Positions 24,267-36,442 of a stretch of DNA of 64,000 nucleotides are shown piece by piece. This DNA comes from Mobula hypostoma (taxonomy: Eukaryota). Each line of letters begins with the position of its first letter. Position 1 is the stretch's first letter. Both the position numbers and the translations under genes were made by a program. The stretch lies in the NCBI RefSeq assembly GCF_963921235.1, contig NC_086097.1:97280001-97344000 (forward strand), in the 5' to 3' direction. The notes beneath the pieces were generated by a model. That model was not told the origin of the DNA. It saw only the letters and a program-made list of their open reading frames with translations, and did not search any database.

Positions 24267-25347
24267 CTGCAAGAAATTAAGGAATCACAATGAGAATATT
24301 TTTCTGAGAGTTTATACAGGATCATATGCTAAAGCTGAAGCTAATCTCAGACCATCTCAGAGCAACTGGGGACTGAATACGTTTACAAGGTCCTATCTGA
24401 GGGTTTGGATGATGAGTCTGATGGGGAGTTTCATTGAATTACCAAACAATCATGGACAAGACAAGGATTAGCCCACAATTGGCAACCTTCTGTCCATTTT
24501 TCCCTCCTCAGACTGACTCACCATTTAAATTTTCCAAAGTAACCGTCATTCATTGTATGTTGAACAATATCTGAACTGTAAAGGGCGTGGACTTAATTTC
24601 TGCCTATTCTCTGGAAAAATGAACAAATGAAACTTCCATTCTTGCAATTTATGCATGTTAAATGTATAATCTTTCTTTCCTGGTGGGTAATACTGTATGT
24701 CACAGCATACCAATGATTTTCGCTTTCCAAAGTGGTGAAGTGTCAAATCATCAGTCTTGCTGGTCTCTTTCCTCTCCAACACCAATCTGCTAAAGAGTAC
24801 ACGTGATTACAGGATCACATCTGGTCCAATGGTTCAGCTCCGCAGCACTGTGGCTGGCTGGATGTAGGTGACGAATGGTTATCCTGTGGGTGCACAGCTG
24901 CTATGAGAGCAATGCCCTGGTGTGAAGGAGAGGTAACTTATCACTGATAGGAAATTCCCAAAAACAGCCCTTCGATGTGCCACATCAGATTTTAAACAGC
25001 AATACGACAATTAACCAAGCACATTTCCTAAAGTCAGTTTTGATCAAGTCCTGACATTCAAAGCTGTCTGACCTCAGTGACTGGCAGGAAGTACAGTGCG
25101 GAGTGTGGAAGTAGAGTGCAGGGGGAAGTTCATATATCCCTGAACCCTTCTGGTCTGCTGGAGACCTGACCAGATTAACAGGTACATCAGGGAAATGAAC
25201 AGCATTGATGATGGCAGGTAATCCTTCCATTGAGAAATGAAGCTTGCCAAAATCTAAATTAACTCTTCCTCTCGTTCTGCTGATCTGAAGTATCAGTAGT
25301 AACACTACATGAGAAATAATTTCCCTTAGCTGCTCAGCATCACCTAC

Positions 25348-25416
25348 CTGCCATTGCTTAATCTTGTTCCATAGATGTTTAAACTCCGTCAGATTCAGCT
25401 TTCCAGATCCATCTGT
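25348..25416 (-). CDS. CAPN3: Calpain-3 exon 20 (69 nt): TDGSGKLNLTEFKHLWNKIKQWQ
   Basis: cctgcag|ACA...CAG|gtaggt. Confidence 0.97.
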
Positions 25417-25861
25417 CTGCAGGCACCGTGTTAAGGAAGATACAGTAAAAACAGCAGTCCAATGGGATTGTTAAACTTCTGTTCTGGGGGGAAGCAGGGC
25501 TAATGTTACATCTAAATTAATATATCTTTATTGGAAGAATAGCTGCAGCAATCTGGAATTATTAACATCTGTCTTGTAAACCTCCAAGATGAATCTGGAA
25601 CCTTACCTAAATGGAAATAAAAGGCTCCAAAACAGTAGAATCACAATATCTTTTCTCCCCAAGTCCAGCCGAGCTTTACCACTTTGGGCCAGTTATGTCC
25701 ACATGTGTCAGAGATCTATGGAGCATTCTCCTGTTGACTAAAGTTTATGCCAGAAACGTTGCTCCCCAAACCAACCTCAAGGCATTTCCAGATGAATTAA
25801 GGTTATGGATGCTGATTTACAGGAAGGAATAATAAATTCAATGCCAGAGAGGGAAGGATAC
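25417..25861 (-). other. CAPN3: U12-type (minor spliceosome) GT-AG intron 19 of CAPN3
   Basis: 5' splice site GTATCCTTC; branch site TTCCTTAAC at 25430-25438, ending 13 nt before the exon; no polypyrimidine tract. Confidence 0.93.
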
Positions 25862-25923
25862 ATCCATCAGGGCAACCATACTGCGACAAGACTCCAAAGC
25901 AAACCCTTCAGTTTTCATATTGT
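25862..25923 (-). CDS. CAPN3: Calpain-3 exon 19 (62 nt): HNMKTEGFALESCRSMVALMD
   Basis: ttttcttatag|AC...GAT|gtatcc. Confidence 0.95.
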
Positions 25924-26254
25924 CTATAAGAAAATAAAAAAAATATTCTGAGTTGATACAGTTATCAACTGAGTTGTAGTTAAAGAAATACACATTTTAA
26001 ACAAGAAATAGCCAAATGAAAGAATAAAACAAACTCTCCTTCAACACTAGAAATGGAATCACTGAGAATGATGGATGAAAGGATTGAGAGAGGAATTATA
26101 ATTAACATTTTACATACTGTGCTCTATATAATTCAGACTGTATTAAACATGTTCTCTGTTGTCGATCTCTTACTCAGCATGGTATCTAACTAATCTGTTG
26201 GAATAATCAAGCCTGAACTGCCTTTTATTAAGGTCATAGTTCATCACATTGTAA

Positions 26255-27245
26255 CCTCAGCTCTGTATTCCTTTTCCTTTTTTGCTTATTAAGAATCTAT
26301 CGATCTTTTGAAAAAAAAATTCAAGGACTCTGCCTCCATTGCTATTTGAAGAAGAGATTTCCAAAGGCACAAAACCTTTGAGAGAAAAAAATCGCCTCAT
26401 CTCTGTCTTAAAAGGATGCATCTTACGTGTAAACAGTATCATAGTCCTAGATTCTCCCACAAGATTAAACATCCTCTCCATTTCCCCTGAAGTGCCGCCA
26501 GAATTTATTTACATCAATTAAGTCCCTTATTTCTTTTCTAAATTCCAGAGTTTATCATGCTAGCTTATCTGTTTCCTCTTTATCCAAGTATCAGTCAAGG
26601 GACCACACCCAGAACTGCTTCTAATGCATTAACTATCTCCCTTAAATAAAGAGATCGATATGCAGAGCTCCAAATGTGGTCTCACTAATGCCCTACAGAA
26701 GTGAAGTGTGACCCCCACCCCCCCAACTTTGGTACTGAAGTTTCCTTGTGGTACACACTGGCATTTCTAATTACTTACTTCACCTGTATAAAAGCCTTTT
26801 GCTAATCAGGTACCAGGGCACCCAGATTCCTCTGCATCTCAGAGCTCTGTGATCTCTCACCATTTAGGCAATGCACTTCTTTCTCTTGACAAAATGGACA
26901 ATTTTGCACTTTCCTGTTCAATGCATCATTTGCCAGATTTTCACTTTCTAAAGCACTCTAAAGCTTCTGTAGCCTCTATGTGTCTTCTTCACAACTTGTC
27001 CCCCTACTTATCTCTGAATCAACTGTACACAGTGCCTTCATCCAGGTTATTTACATAAATGGTACAAAGGTCAAGTCCCAGCTCTGATCCCTGTGGCACA
27101 CCACTCGTTATATCTTTCCATCCAGAAAAAGGCCAAGTTATATCCACCGTCTATTTCCAGTTACCCAATAAATCATCTATCCACCCCAATGTGTTACCTC
27201 CTACAACATAAGGTTTTGCTTTCCAAAACAATCCTGACATTGCTC
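26255..27245 (-). mobile_element. Old CR1 fragment
   Basis: ERMFNLVGESRT...FKTEMRR C-terminal motif; degraded RT sequence further right. Confidence 0.65.
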
Positions 27246-27831
27246 CTCACCCTTCCCTCTTTGCACTTCGCAGCCCCTCATTCTCCCTGACTTTCTCTTC
27301 CAAGCCCCCATCTTTCTTCTCTCATTGCCCTTTCTTTCTCCCTTCTTTCCCATTCTCCAAACTCTCACTTCTACTCGAAATCTTTTCCTTCTGTGCTGTT
27401 CAATTATTGATATTCAATTATAGTTGCATCATAATTAACTATAATTTTTGTTTTAATGCTTGTGCATGGGCCTAATTATTTTATTAAAGATAATGTACAT
27501 TATGAAGCAATGGCATTATGTTAATAGGAAACAATTCTGAAGATTTCATTGTAAATCGGTCAAAATTCTGTTGCTGTTCTTCCATAAACTTCAAGTTATA
27601 TTATATATCAAAATTTCCTTTTTGGACCACAGTTGAATCTCTAACAGAAGTGATCCCTAAGAGCCAGAAGTTCCTCCAATCAGACTGGGCTCCAGATGTT
27701 AGGAGCCATGAAAAGCTAACTCATGTAATGGGAGTGTGCAGAGGTAATGATATGGGTGCAGGACACCACCATACAGAACTTGTATGGGACTGATACGAAG
27801 TTTTCGTACATATCTAGCTTACATAACTTAC

Positions 27832-27889
27832 GTTTTTTAACAACACGGTTTAGGATGCTCTTCAGTTCAGCTGCCGAGATCTGCATGTC
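27832..27889 (-). CDS. CAPN3: Calpain-3 exon 18 (58 nt): DMQISAAELKSILNRVVKK
   Basis: cactgcag|GAC...AAA C|gtaagt. Confidence 0.97.
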
Positions 27890-27974
27890 CTGCAGTGAAA
27901 CAAATACGGACAAAGTGCTTTATTGTAGACTATCCCTGAATGAGCCTTTCTGTCCACTCCAACATCACAGTTTC

Positions 27975-28136
27975 ACATTCATTCATTCTCTCTCTCTCAC
28001 TCTCTCTCACCCTCTCACTCTCTCATTCTCTCACTCTCTCACTCTCTCATTCTCTCATTCTCTCACTCTCTCATTCTCTCACTCTCTCACTCTCTCACTC
28101 TCTCATTCTCTCACTCTCTCACTCTCTCACTCTCAC
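27975..28136. repeat. (TCTCTCAC/TCTCTCAT)n microsatellite
   Basis: An 8-bp period is directly visible. Confidence 0.95.
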
Positions 28137-28556
28137 CTGAGGATGCTGCACCAATATGCCTTCAATCTACCCTTTAGCTGAAGTGCCAGCACCAGACATG
28201 GTCCTTCTCTGCATTTAGTATCACTGCACACACCAGTCTGTCAGGGTGCTTCTGGAATCTGTTTATAGCCGTCCTACTTCAGGGATTTCGATCCAGTTAG
28301 CCAATCATCATTTGCCTTTAACAAATCCTTGCCATTCAGTGACTTACATTATTCCGAGTGCTAATAATTTTTCTGAATGCCTCCCAGAGCATCGTCAGTG
28401 ACTGGCCTGGGATTCTGCTCCCCATTTTCAATGGAGGAAGTATCCTTTACACTGCTCTGGCACCATTCACAGATTCAAATTCCATTCAAGAGGATAGCAA
28501 TACCCAGTAAATGTCTGAAATATTCCAACAAACAATTCAAAGGCAGATATACTTAC

Positions 28557-28634
28557 GTCCCCAGCAATCTGTCTGAAGATACGGCGAAACTGTAGATCCT
28601 CCTCAGTCTCCTTGTTGGACGTCACTGGCAAAGG
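28557..28634 (-). CDS. CAPN3: Calpain-3 exon 17 (78 nt): PLPVTSNKETEEDLQFRRIFRQIAGD
   Basis: gatcag|CCT...GAC|gtaagt. Confidence 0.96.
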
Positions 28635-29359
28635 CTGATCATGGACAGAAATGAAACCAAAGGTTATGCAGTTGCTGAGGGTTTCCCTTAATATTTCAGA
28701 ATGCACTTGGATCAAAACCGGCTCAAGGTAATGTCTGAAAAGTGAAAAGCCTGTGATCAGGCCTCTGGTAGCAGATAGCTTTAACAAGGGGGTGATCCTG
28801 TTAACAGACCTGTGGGGGCCAGCTCTGGTAAATCACAGTGTCTGCCCCCAACACTGAGTCACAGAACACAGTTAGATGTATCGGGGAGTTTTATGCAGTT
28901 AGAAGCACATTTTGCAATGTAAGGTTGCTTTGGTAACTCCCTTCAATTCTTGACTTGGTTGTTGACAAAGCCCAAGACATTTCAGCACATCACCTTCAGG
29001 CTGCCAATTATGTTAATGGTTTTTGGCTTTCCCAAAATGAAACTGTACACAATTTTATAAACCCCAACCCCCAATCCCCACTCCCCCTCACCACATGCAA
29101 AGTCAGGGTCCACGGTGCAGATTTGTTTCCTACACTGACTGAATGTTCTAGCATTGTAACCCATGTCCACGCCATGGATAGGTCTGAAGGATAAAGGATC
29201 AGTCGATTCAAATCTCAGTTGAATAGCCAACTATAATCAGGGCACAGCAAGCAAATAGTCTCTCAGCATCCTGTTACAAATAATCCTTTAACTGAGATTG
29301 TACCTCCAAATATCTCACTCTTAAGTTCTAATATGGACCTAATTTCAGTAGTTGGATTG

Positions 29360-29740
29360 AATTGTGAGTCAGTCTTGTTGTTGGTGAGACTGTTTGAAGG
29401 TCTGTTTTTGTCACTGAGACTGTCTGGTCTTGTCAGTGAAACTGTCTGGGCGTCTGGTAATGTCAATGAGACTGAGTGGCTGGTTTTGTTAATGAGACTG
29501 GTTGATGATTTGGTTTAGTCGGTAAAACTGTCTGAGAATCTAGTCTTGGTAGTGTCTGGCAGTCTAATATTGTTAGTAAGATTGTCTGGTCACCTGGTAT
29601 TATCAGTGAGAATATCTGTGGGGGGGAAGGTTTGTTTGGTATTGTCAGTGAGACTTCCTGATGTATTGTCAGAGAGAGACTGTCTAGCATCTGGTATGAT
29701 TAGTGAGACTGTCTGATGTCTGGTCTGTCATTGATAGTGT
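29360..29740. repeat. Degenerate minisatellite (20-30-bp units, consensus about gtgagactgtctgg..tctggtattgtca)
   Basis: More than 10 diverged copies of tgagactgtctg. Confidence 0.75.
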
Positions 29741-29934
29741 CCGGGTACAGCACTCAGTGAGGTTGGCCAGTCTCCTGAAGTGAAACATGATTCTGTGGCT
29801 CAGCTTTATTGGTGAACCTCCCTCTGGAACTCAAATACTGAAGAAAAGACTCTGGGTAGAGATGAGAAACCTCAGTGGCAGACATGTTGGTTGATTGAAT
29901 TCACCTTCAGCCAGGTTGTGTTGCTGAGCTCAGA

Positions 29935-30475
29935 CGTTGGTCAGGCCGCACTTGGAGTATAGTGATTAGTTTTGGGTCCTTAATCTAAGAAAAAATGTAT
30001 TGGCATTGGAGAGGGCCAGAGGGGGTTCACTATAATGATTCTGGGAATGAAAGTGTTAACATATAAGGAGCATTTGATGTGTTTGGGCCTGTACTCACTG
30101 GAGTTCAAAAGAATGAGCAGGGTTCTCATTGAAATTTATCAAATGTTGAAAGGCCAAGATATAGTGGACACGGAGAGGGTGTTTCCAGAGAACACAACCT
30201 CTGAAGAGGGACATCCATTTAGAACAGAGATGAGAAGGAATTTCTTTAGCCATACGGTGGTGAACCTGTGGAATTCATTGTCACGGATGGCTGTGGAGGC
30301 CAAGTCTTTGAGTACATTTAAAGCGGAGGTTGATAGGTTCTTGGTTAGTCAGGGAGTCAAAGGTTACAAGGTGAAGGCAGGAGAATGGGTCGAGTGGGAT
30401 AGTATATCAGCCGCAATGAGAAGCCCCAATAGGCTGATCAGCCTAATTCTGCTCCCATGTCTTGTGGTCTTATTA
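29935..30475 (+). mobile_element. CR1 3' fragment
   Basis: LGLYSLEFKRM...FRTEMRRNFFSHTVVNLWNSL. Confidence 0.85.
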
Positions 30476-30734
30476 TCTTTTTCCCTTTCTAATCCCAGTC
30501 GGGATCCTAATGCTCTCCCGGTAGTTTATCCCCAGATAAATCTGGAAAACACCGCACCAAGCTGTGTTTCGCGTAATTATCATAAAGCTCCTGAACCCTG
30601 TCAAAGCTCTCTTCTGTTCCAATTCTGAAGCATCAGAATTTCCTGTGGCAGTGTCTGACAGGTCTGGGAAAGGGGTATGCAGAGCGTTTCAATAATTTCA
30701 GACAACAGCAAGTCATGCTAGCACACGAAGAAAC

Positions 30735-30827
30735 CTTGATCTTTTTCTTGACTTCCGTTCTTTTCTCCTTTTCTTCCTTCTCCGAGTCTACATTGTCCTG
30801 AGCTCTATCAGAAACAAAGATGATTGG
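30735..30827 (-). CDS. CAPN3: Calpain-3 exon 16 (IS2, 93 nt): PIIFVSDRAQDNVDSEKEEKEKRTEVKKKIK
   Basis: ctttctcctctag|CCA ATC ATC TTT GTT TCT GAT AGA GCT...AAG|gtttct; PIIFVSDRA is diagnostic of the CAPN3 IS2 region. Confidence 0.92.
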
Positions 30828-33800
30828 CTAGAGGAGAAAGGGAGTGGTTAGAGCAGATAGTGGTGAATGATGGAGACATGGTGTGTGGGTTTCACAGGTG
30901 TCTTGAAGGTACAGTAAGAAACAAGATCCACCAATGAAACGGCCAAGTGAACCCATAGAGTGAGATGGATCAATTCATGTCACTCTGTGCCGGTGCCTTG
31001 CTACACTGGGGCTGTGCCATGGTTGGCCTTGGCATCTCTGGGATAATGTAAGTGAAATCTTCACCATTAGAACTAATTTTGGTGAGGCAGAAGGTGGTAT
31101 CTGACAGCAGCAGTCCCTGGACTGCAGAAAAGAGAGATTCACAGTGCAGAAAAGTGGCAGAAAGTGAAGTCGAATTAGGGTACATTTCATTCATTTGATG
31201 TTCAGACCACCACATACTGATTTAGTAATGGTTGCCTTTGAGTGTGGGAAGCTTTTGACAAAGTTGGTACTTTACAGGCTCTTCCCAATATTTTAAAGCA
31301 CCTCTCCCTCCCAGGGTTCTTGACCCAGAAGAGATCCCCAGCCCACCAAAAGCCAATACGGGAGGAGAAAGCGAGGATGGAAGGGGGTGATTAAAGTAGG
31401 GAAAGCCTGCGCAGTGGATAGAGACTCTTTGTCACTTCCTGATATATACCATCAATTACTCAATTGTAGCAGTGCAGAATTACATCATGGTCCCTTACAA
31501 TGGCTGCTCCCTCTGCCTGAATTGTCATCTCTTTCCTTGGCCCCCACCTCCTCACTGCTGATTGATCACCCTTTCCCATTTTTGGAAGCCTGGTGTGATG
31601 CAGATTCCATTTGTAAGCTAATATTCCCCCTTCATTCAGTCTCATAGCTTGTTGCTCAGTCCTGGAGTTGGCTGCCTGGCCTAACACGTTGTTTGGTTGG
31701 GTGTCAGTGGAACCTGAGCCCACTGTCTTCCCAGTGCCTACATTAACATAGCTTCAGCTCCTTCAGCCTCAACACATCAGCTCAGTATAAACAGATCTTA
31801 CTGTCTCAGTGAACTCCAAATGGAACTACAATTTCCTAATTGAATAACACACATCACCGTCCAACTCCAGCCCAAGCCCAAGTTGCCCCACACAGCTGCC
31901 AAGATATCCACTTCTCTCTACGTCACCATGAAATATCTTTAAAACCACTCTTCATTTCTAGCTGATTCCCCACTTCACGCCGTTTGCCCACCCTACCTCA
32001 GTGGGATTGTTAGGGATTATTGAGGAATTATGGGATTAGGGGAATATAGCAGACATCAATTAAAATGAGAACCATTCTTCAATTGTAAATGTAAATTACA
32101 AGAAGCAATCAATTGAAGTTAAAAGGACAACTTTGCAAATAAACAGCACTGGCTGCTAAATGATTTGCAAAGTGATGACCATAAAATGTTCTCATATGCA
32201 TCAGGGAAACAATAGACAATAGGATTATGTTAATTGGCCTGCATCAAACCAGACAATTATAATTTAAGTTATTGGCACCATTGTAACCAAGTTCAAGGTA
32301 GCTTGCAGACCATACTGATATTGTCATTGTCACAGAGCACATCAAATATGATCACAAACATATGGTCATATCTATCAATAATTGGCTCAAGAATCAGCAC
32401 TTGCAACATTAATCTTGGGCATCTGGTGTCTCTGTCCTCAGAGGCTTTTACACCATTTGTATGAATTAGTTTGTCCCAGAAAAGGTGTTTGTTTGAATCT
32501 TCAGAGTTGTCTTATCAATTACAATGTGCTTCTACCGTAAATATGTACTACAAAGGAACTATTCATAAAACACAAAATATTGAAGAAACCAATATAATTT
32601 GAAATTGTATTGAATCTCCTACTGTTACCCTTGTCCTCAAGAGTATAAAATCTTGATGTACTTTGAGATTGGGAGACTCTACCAAGAGTATATCGGCTTA
32701 GAGTGATCAATAAAGACTTCCATATCCACCAGCTTCTCCAGTTTCTCCAGTGACATAGTCACAGTCATAACAGGAATACTTACTTCGACAATAGCTACTT
32801 CTTCCTGGCCTGGCAATTCTCTCTATCTCCATCTCTGTCTCCCTCCCAGTCTCTCTATCTCTCTATCTCTTCCACTTTCCATTCAGTCACCTGGGAACTT
32901 CTAAATGGCATCACTCAACTTCACAACCTCCTGCCTACCCTCACTTCAAACAAACCCTCCTTACTAACAGTGCTTTAACTATGCCTCATATATATTTTCT
33001 CCACGATCTATTATGTCTTTTCTCTCCCTCAATTATTTTTTATCCAGGCACTAACTTCATTTTGTCAGTTTTCTATGTATGTGTTCAACCCTTTGATTCC
33101 CGAACCAACCTGCACAATGCTAATTGTTACCTAGTAACACTATGACCACTTTGCACTACAATGAACCTATTTCTATTTTAATTGTGTTCTTTCTTTAAAA
33201 ATGTGTGTGTAATTTATATTTAATTTATGCTTTTCTTGTGCCTGTGATGCTGCTGCATGCTTTTCATGATAAGGGAACAGGCTGATCCAATGTGGTTTCA
33301 CAAAGGTATTGAGAAGAAGTTATGAAGAAAGGGATGTATTATGAAGTAACAATCTAACTTGAAATATACAGAATGACAAATTATCCTTCAAGGAAACATC
33401 TGTAAAATCCAATATTTGACAAATTTTCAAGACAGAAAAGATATAGTCATATCCTAACAGGTGGTCATCAGCAGTATTAACCAAGTGGAAAGTTAAATAA
33501 AGCAGTCTAATTCTGGAACAAAATGTCCAAAGTTGGCACTAAATTTGGCTGCTTCTTTCTGCCATCTCAGCAAGAGAGAAGTGGATTAAAAATTGTCCGA
33601 TGGCCATTAAAGACCAATAAGATCCCACGTCTGATATCCATCAGGCAAGTGATGCTGGCTACAAATAACCTCAACAGTCCCAACTGACTACTAAATCAGT
33701 AAGGATTCCAACCACAGCCTGCATGTGTGAGGACAGGCAAAGGATAGGTTCTCTGTACAGTCAGAGGCATTGTGACGCTTGATAAACCAATCGGTGCTGG

Positions 33801-35233
33801 AAGGGTCAACCAGCTGTTTTTCATATCCTGACTGTGAAGAATCATTTCCCAAAAGGGCCAGAAGAAAGGGAAAAGTGTACCTGGCAGGTGAAGTATCAAT
33901 AACTTGCCATTTGGTATCTGGGTGGGAAAATGATTCATGAATTTCTATTTGGATAGTTTCTGGAATGGCACTTGAGAAAGGAAGTCTTTGGTTTAGTACT
34001 TTGAGAGACTGAGTCAGTACAGAGAGGTGAACTGGGTTTACCCTTGGAGAGATCTGAAGGCAATTCAAGAAGAGGGGTTTCCGGGACTACAGTCATGGAG
34101 AATGGATCAGTCAGCTCCAAAGTGCAGACACTGGCCTCTGACAGCTGATGAGGAAATTATTCTGTGTCGCTGCGGGAGGAATAGAGGTCGGGAGATGATT
34201 GTAAGCAGGATCTGGTTTCTGGGAAGTAAGAGCTTGTAAACAGACAGCTGGAGAAGATGTGGGACGAGAATCAATCCATGACCAAACAGGGTTGGCCTGC
34301 TGGCAGCTCAGAAGCTAGAAGATAAGCTATTTAATTCCCTCTACCCCACAAGTTCCAGGATTAGTATATCTCACCACCATGTAGGATAGATGTGATGCAC
34401 ACAAAACTTGCAGGTGGGGCACACAATCCATCCAAGAAGCAGGCAGAAGCCAACAAGCCTGGGTTAGTCTGCTGATTGTACACAGTGAGGTAGATCTCAG
34501 CCTTGTGAGTCAGTGCATAATGGATTACAACCCCCCTGGCTTGTATTTCACAACTAAATCACTATCTTGCACTGTTGCACAGTCATGATAAACGCCAAGA
34601 TGTCAGAAGTATAGTGCAGGCATTTTGCATGCTATCTGCCTGAAAGATAACCCACCCAGAAAGAGTGCTAGGAAAACAGTGCCAGTGTAGTAACTCCTCC
34701 CTATTATGCAAGGTGAGCAGTGCATTTTAAATACTGCCTGTTACGTTTCTAGAGAGAGACAGATGAAACAAACTATTCTTTCTTTGCCACTAGTTTACAC
34801 TATTCTACTAAATCAATCCTATTTTAATTTCTAGTGTTTAAACATATTTATTGGTTCACCTTTACTTTCAAGTGAGAAGCTAACAGTGACTCAGTTCACA
34901 AATAGATGACATGGCAGAGGAATTATACCTATCAGTGTGAGGGAAGCCCCTTGCCTTAGGGTTATTGACAAGCTGATGCACTCTGAGCTTAATCCCAGGC
35001 ACATTGCTACAATGGAGACATGTTCTTTCCTGCTCCGTCACTACAGAGGAAGACTCCACACCTGAATGTACCCAGAAGGTGGGCAGGAGTTAAAGACATC
35101 TTTCCTACTGGATCTTCCATGCCCTTCATTCAGTTATGACGAATTCCCCTGAGTGAACCGGATTTGTCCTAGTGTTTTCAGACCCCATGCACTGCTGAAG
35201 AGCAATGAACAGACAACACCAGGGCTCACGTAC

Positions 35234-35239
35234 CTTCAG
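35234..35239 (-). CDS. CAPN3: Candidate 6-nt microexon (LK) at the position of exon 15
   Basis: An AG-free pyrimidine-rich tract of about 100 nt, then ...ttctgccatctcag|CTGAAG|gtacgt; phase 0-0. Confidence 0.55.
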
Positions 35240-36405
35240 CTGAGATGGCAGAAGGTGATTAGGCAGAGGGAAAAGAAAAGAATAGTTAGGAAGAACATAA
35301 AAAGAAGCAAATAGGGCAGTAAAATAATATTTCACCCATATATTCTGAGTATGTCCTGCATTTTTGGGTTACATGTTGTCTTGGAGGTCTGGACAAGGGA
35401 GTGTGAATTAGACATAACATAAGACCAAGTATACTTTAGCTCCTGTTGCCAATTGCCTAGCTGAAACTATATTCCACCTGAATAAAATAATTCCCCTATC
35501 TTGGAAAACTTCCATTTCTTCAGCAGGATGCAATATGATTCTTCGGAGATTACAGGTTCCTAATATACGTGGGTACACTAGTCAGTAAAACCAGTACATT
35601 GAATGAGAAGCTAGAGGTGACAGCAGGAAATAGTAGTATTCAAAATAAACCACGCTATTTTCTGTATCCTCTGGGTTATGTAAATTATCATTTTATTTCC
35701 ACACCTACCTACCTGCTACATCAAAGAGATGTTGGTTCTGGGAAGTGAAACCTTTGCTGTTGTGGACAATGAAGGTCAACATCAGGCTCCAAGATCACTA
35801 GGAAAGTTCTACTTGAACAATATGACTCAACCCTCCACCCCCAACCCCCCAGTGTATGATCGTGCACTTATAAGATCACAGCAGACGTGCCGTGACTTCA
35901 AGTATTGTCCAACTGTGTGTCCATGGGCCAGGGTAGGACTGGTTGCTCAAACAAATGTCATGTTGATTCACACTGCCGGGAGATGTGGACATCATTTTGG
36001 GCTCCTGGTCATTGACAGTTTACTTTCCCCTAAACCCTTGGAGCACACAATTAGCATTAAGAGCTCATGGTGGTGGAGCCACTATGGGGAGAACATTTAG
36101 CGGTGTGTTGCCTTGGCAAGTAAGCCTTGTAAACCCTCCACCTAGGAACCTCAATTTTCTGCTCATTTGGCTTAACTGTGAATTAGGTCTGATGGCATTT
36201 CCACTCAGACAAACAGTAGAACACAGAAAGCATCAAAGGAGCTTGTGGTTATAACTTCAGAAGTAAAAGAACTTTCCAGAATGCGATATGTTACTGAAAC
36301 TACCAGGAACAAAGTATGTACTCTTGGGAACATCCTTACCTCATCAATAATAAAATAAGGTTACTCAAGAATGAAAAGGTGAATAGAAGTGAAAATGGTA
36401 CAAAC

Positions 36406-36442
36406 CTTAGGATCGTCAGTTTTGATCTGGTTCTCAGTTTCC
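36406..36442 (-). CDS. CAPN3: Calpain-3 exon 14 (37 nt): (E)ETENQIKTDDPK
   Basis: ttgatttcag|G GAA ACT GAG AAC...AAG|gtttgt; length and phase match human EEVENTISVDRPV. Confidence 0.9.

Noticed and set aside
27747..28181. 144-aa ORF with SHSLTL repeats
   Set aside because: Translation of a microsatellite, antisense to exon 18.
32784..32890. Possible exon ending at GAA|gtaagt in intron 15
   Set aside because: Upstream sequence is purine-rich, and the longer version has an in-frame TAG.
34042..34053. Alternative 12-nt microexon ISPR (ccttcag|ATCTCTCCAAGG|gtaaac)
   Set aside because: In frame, but the donor is weaker, the pyrimidine tract short and there is no similarity to IS2. Cannot be fully excluded without RNA data.
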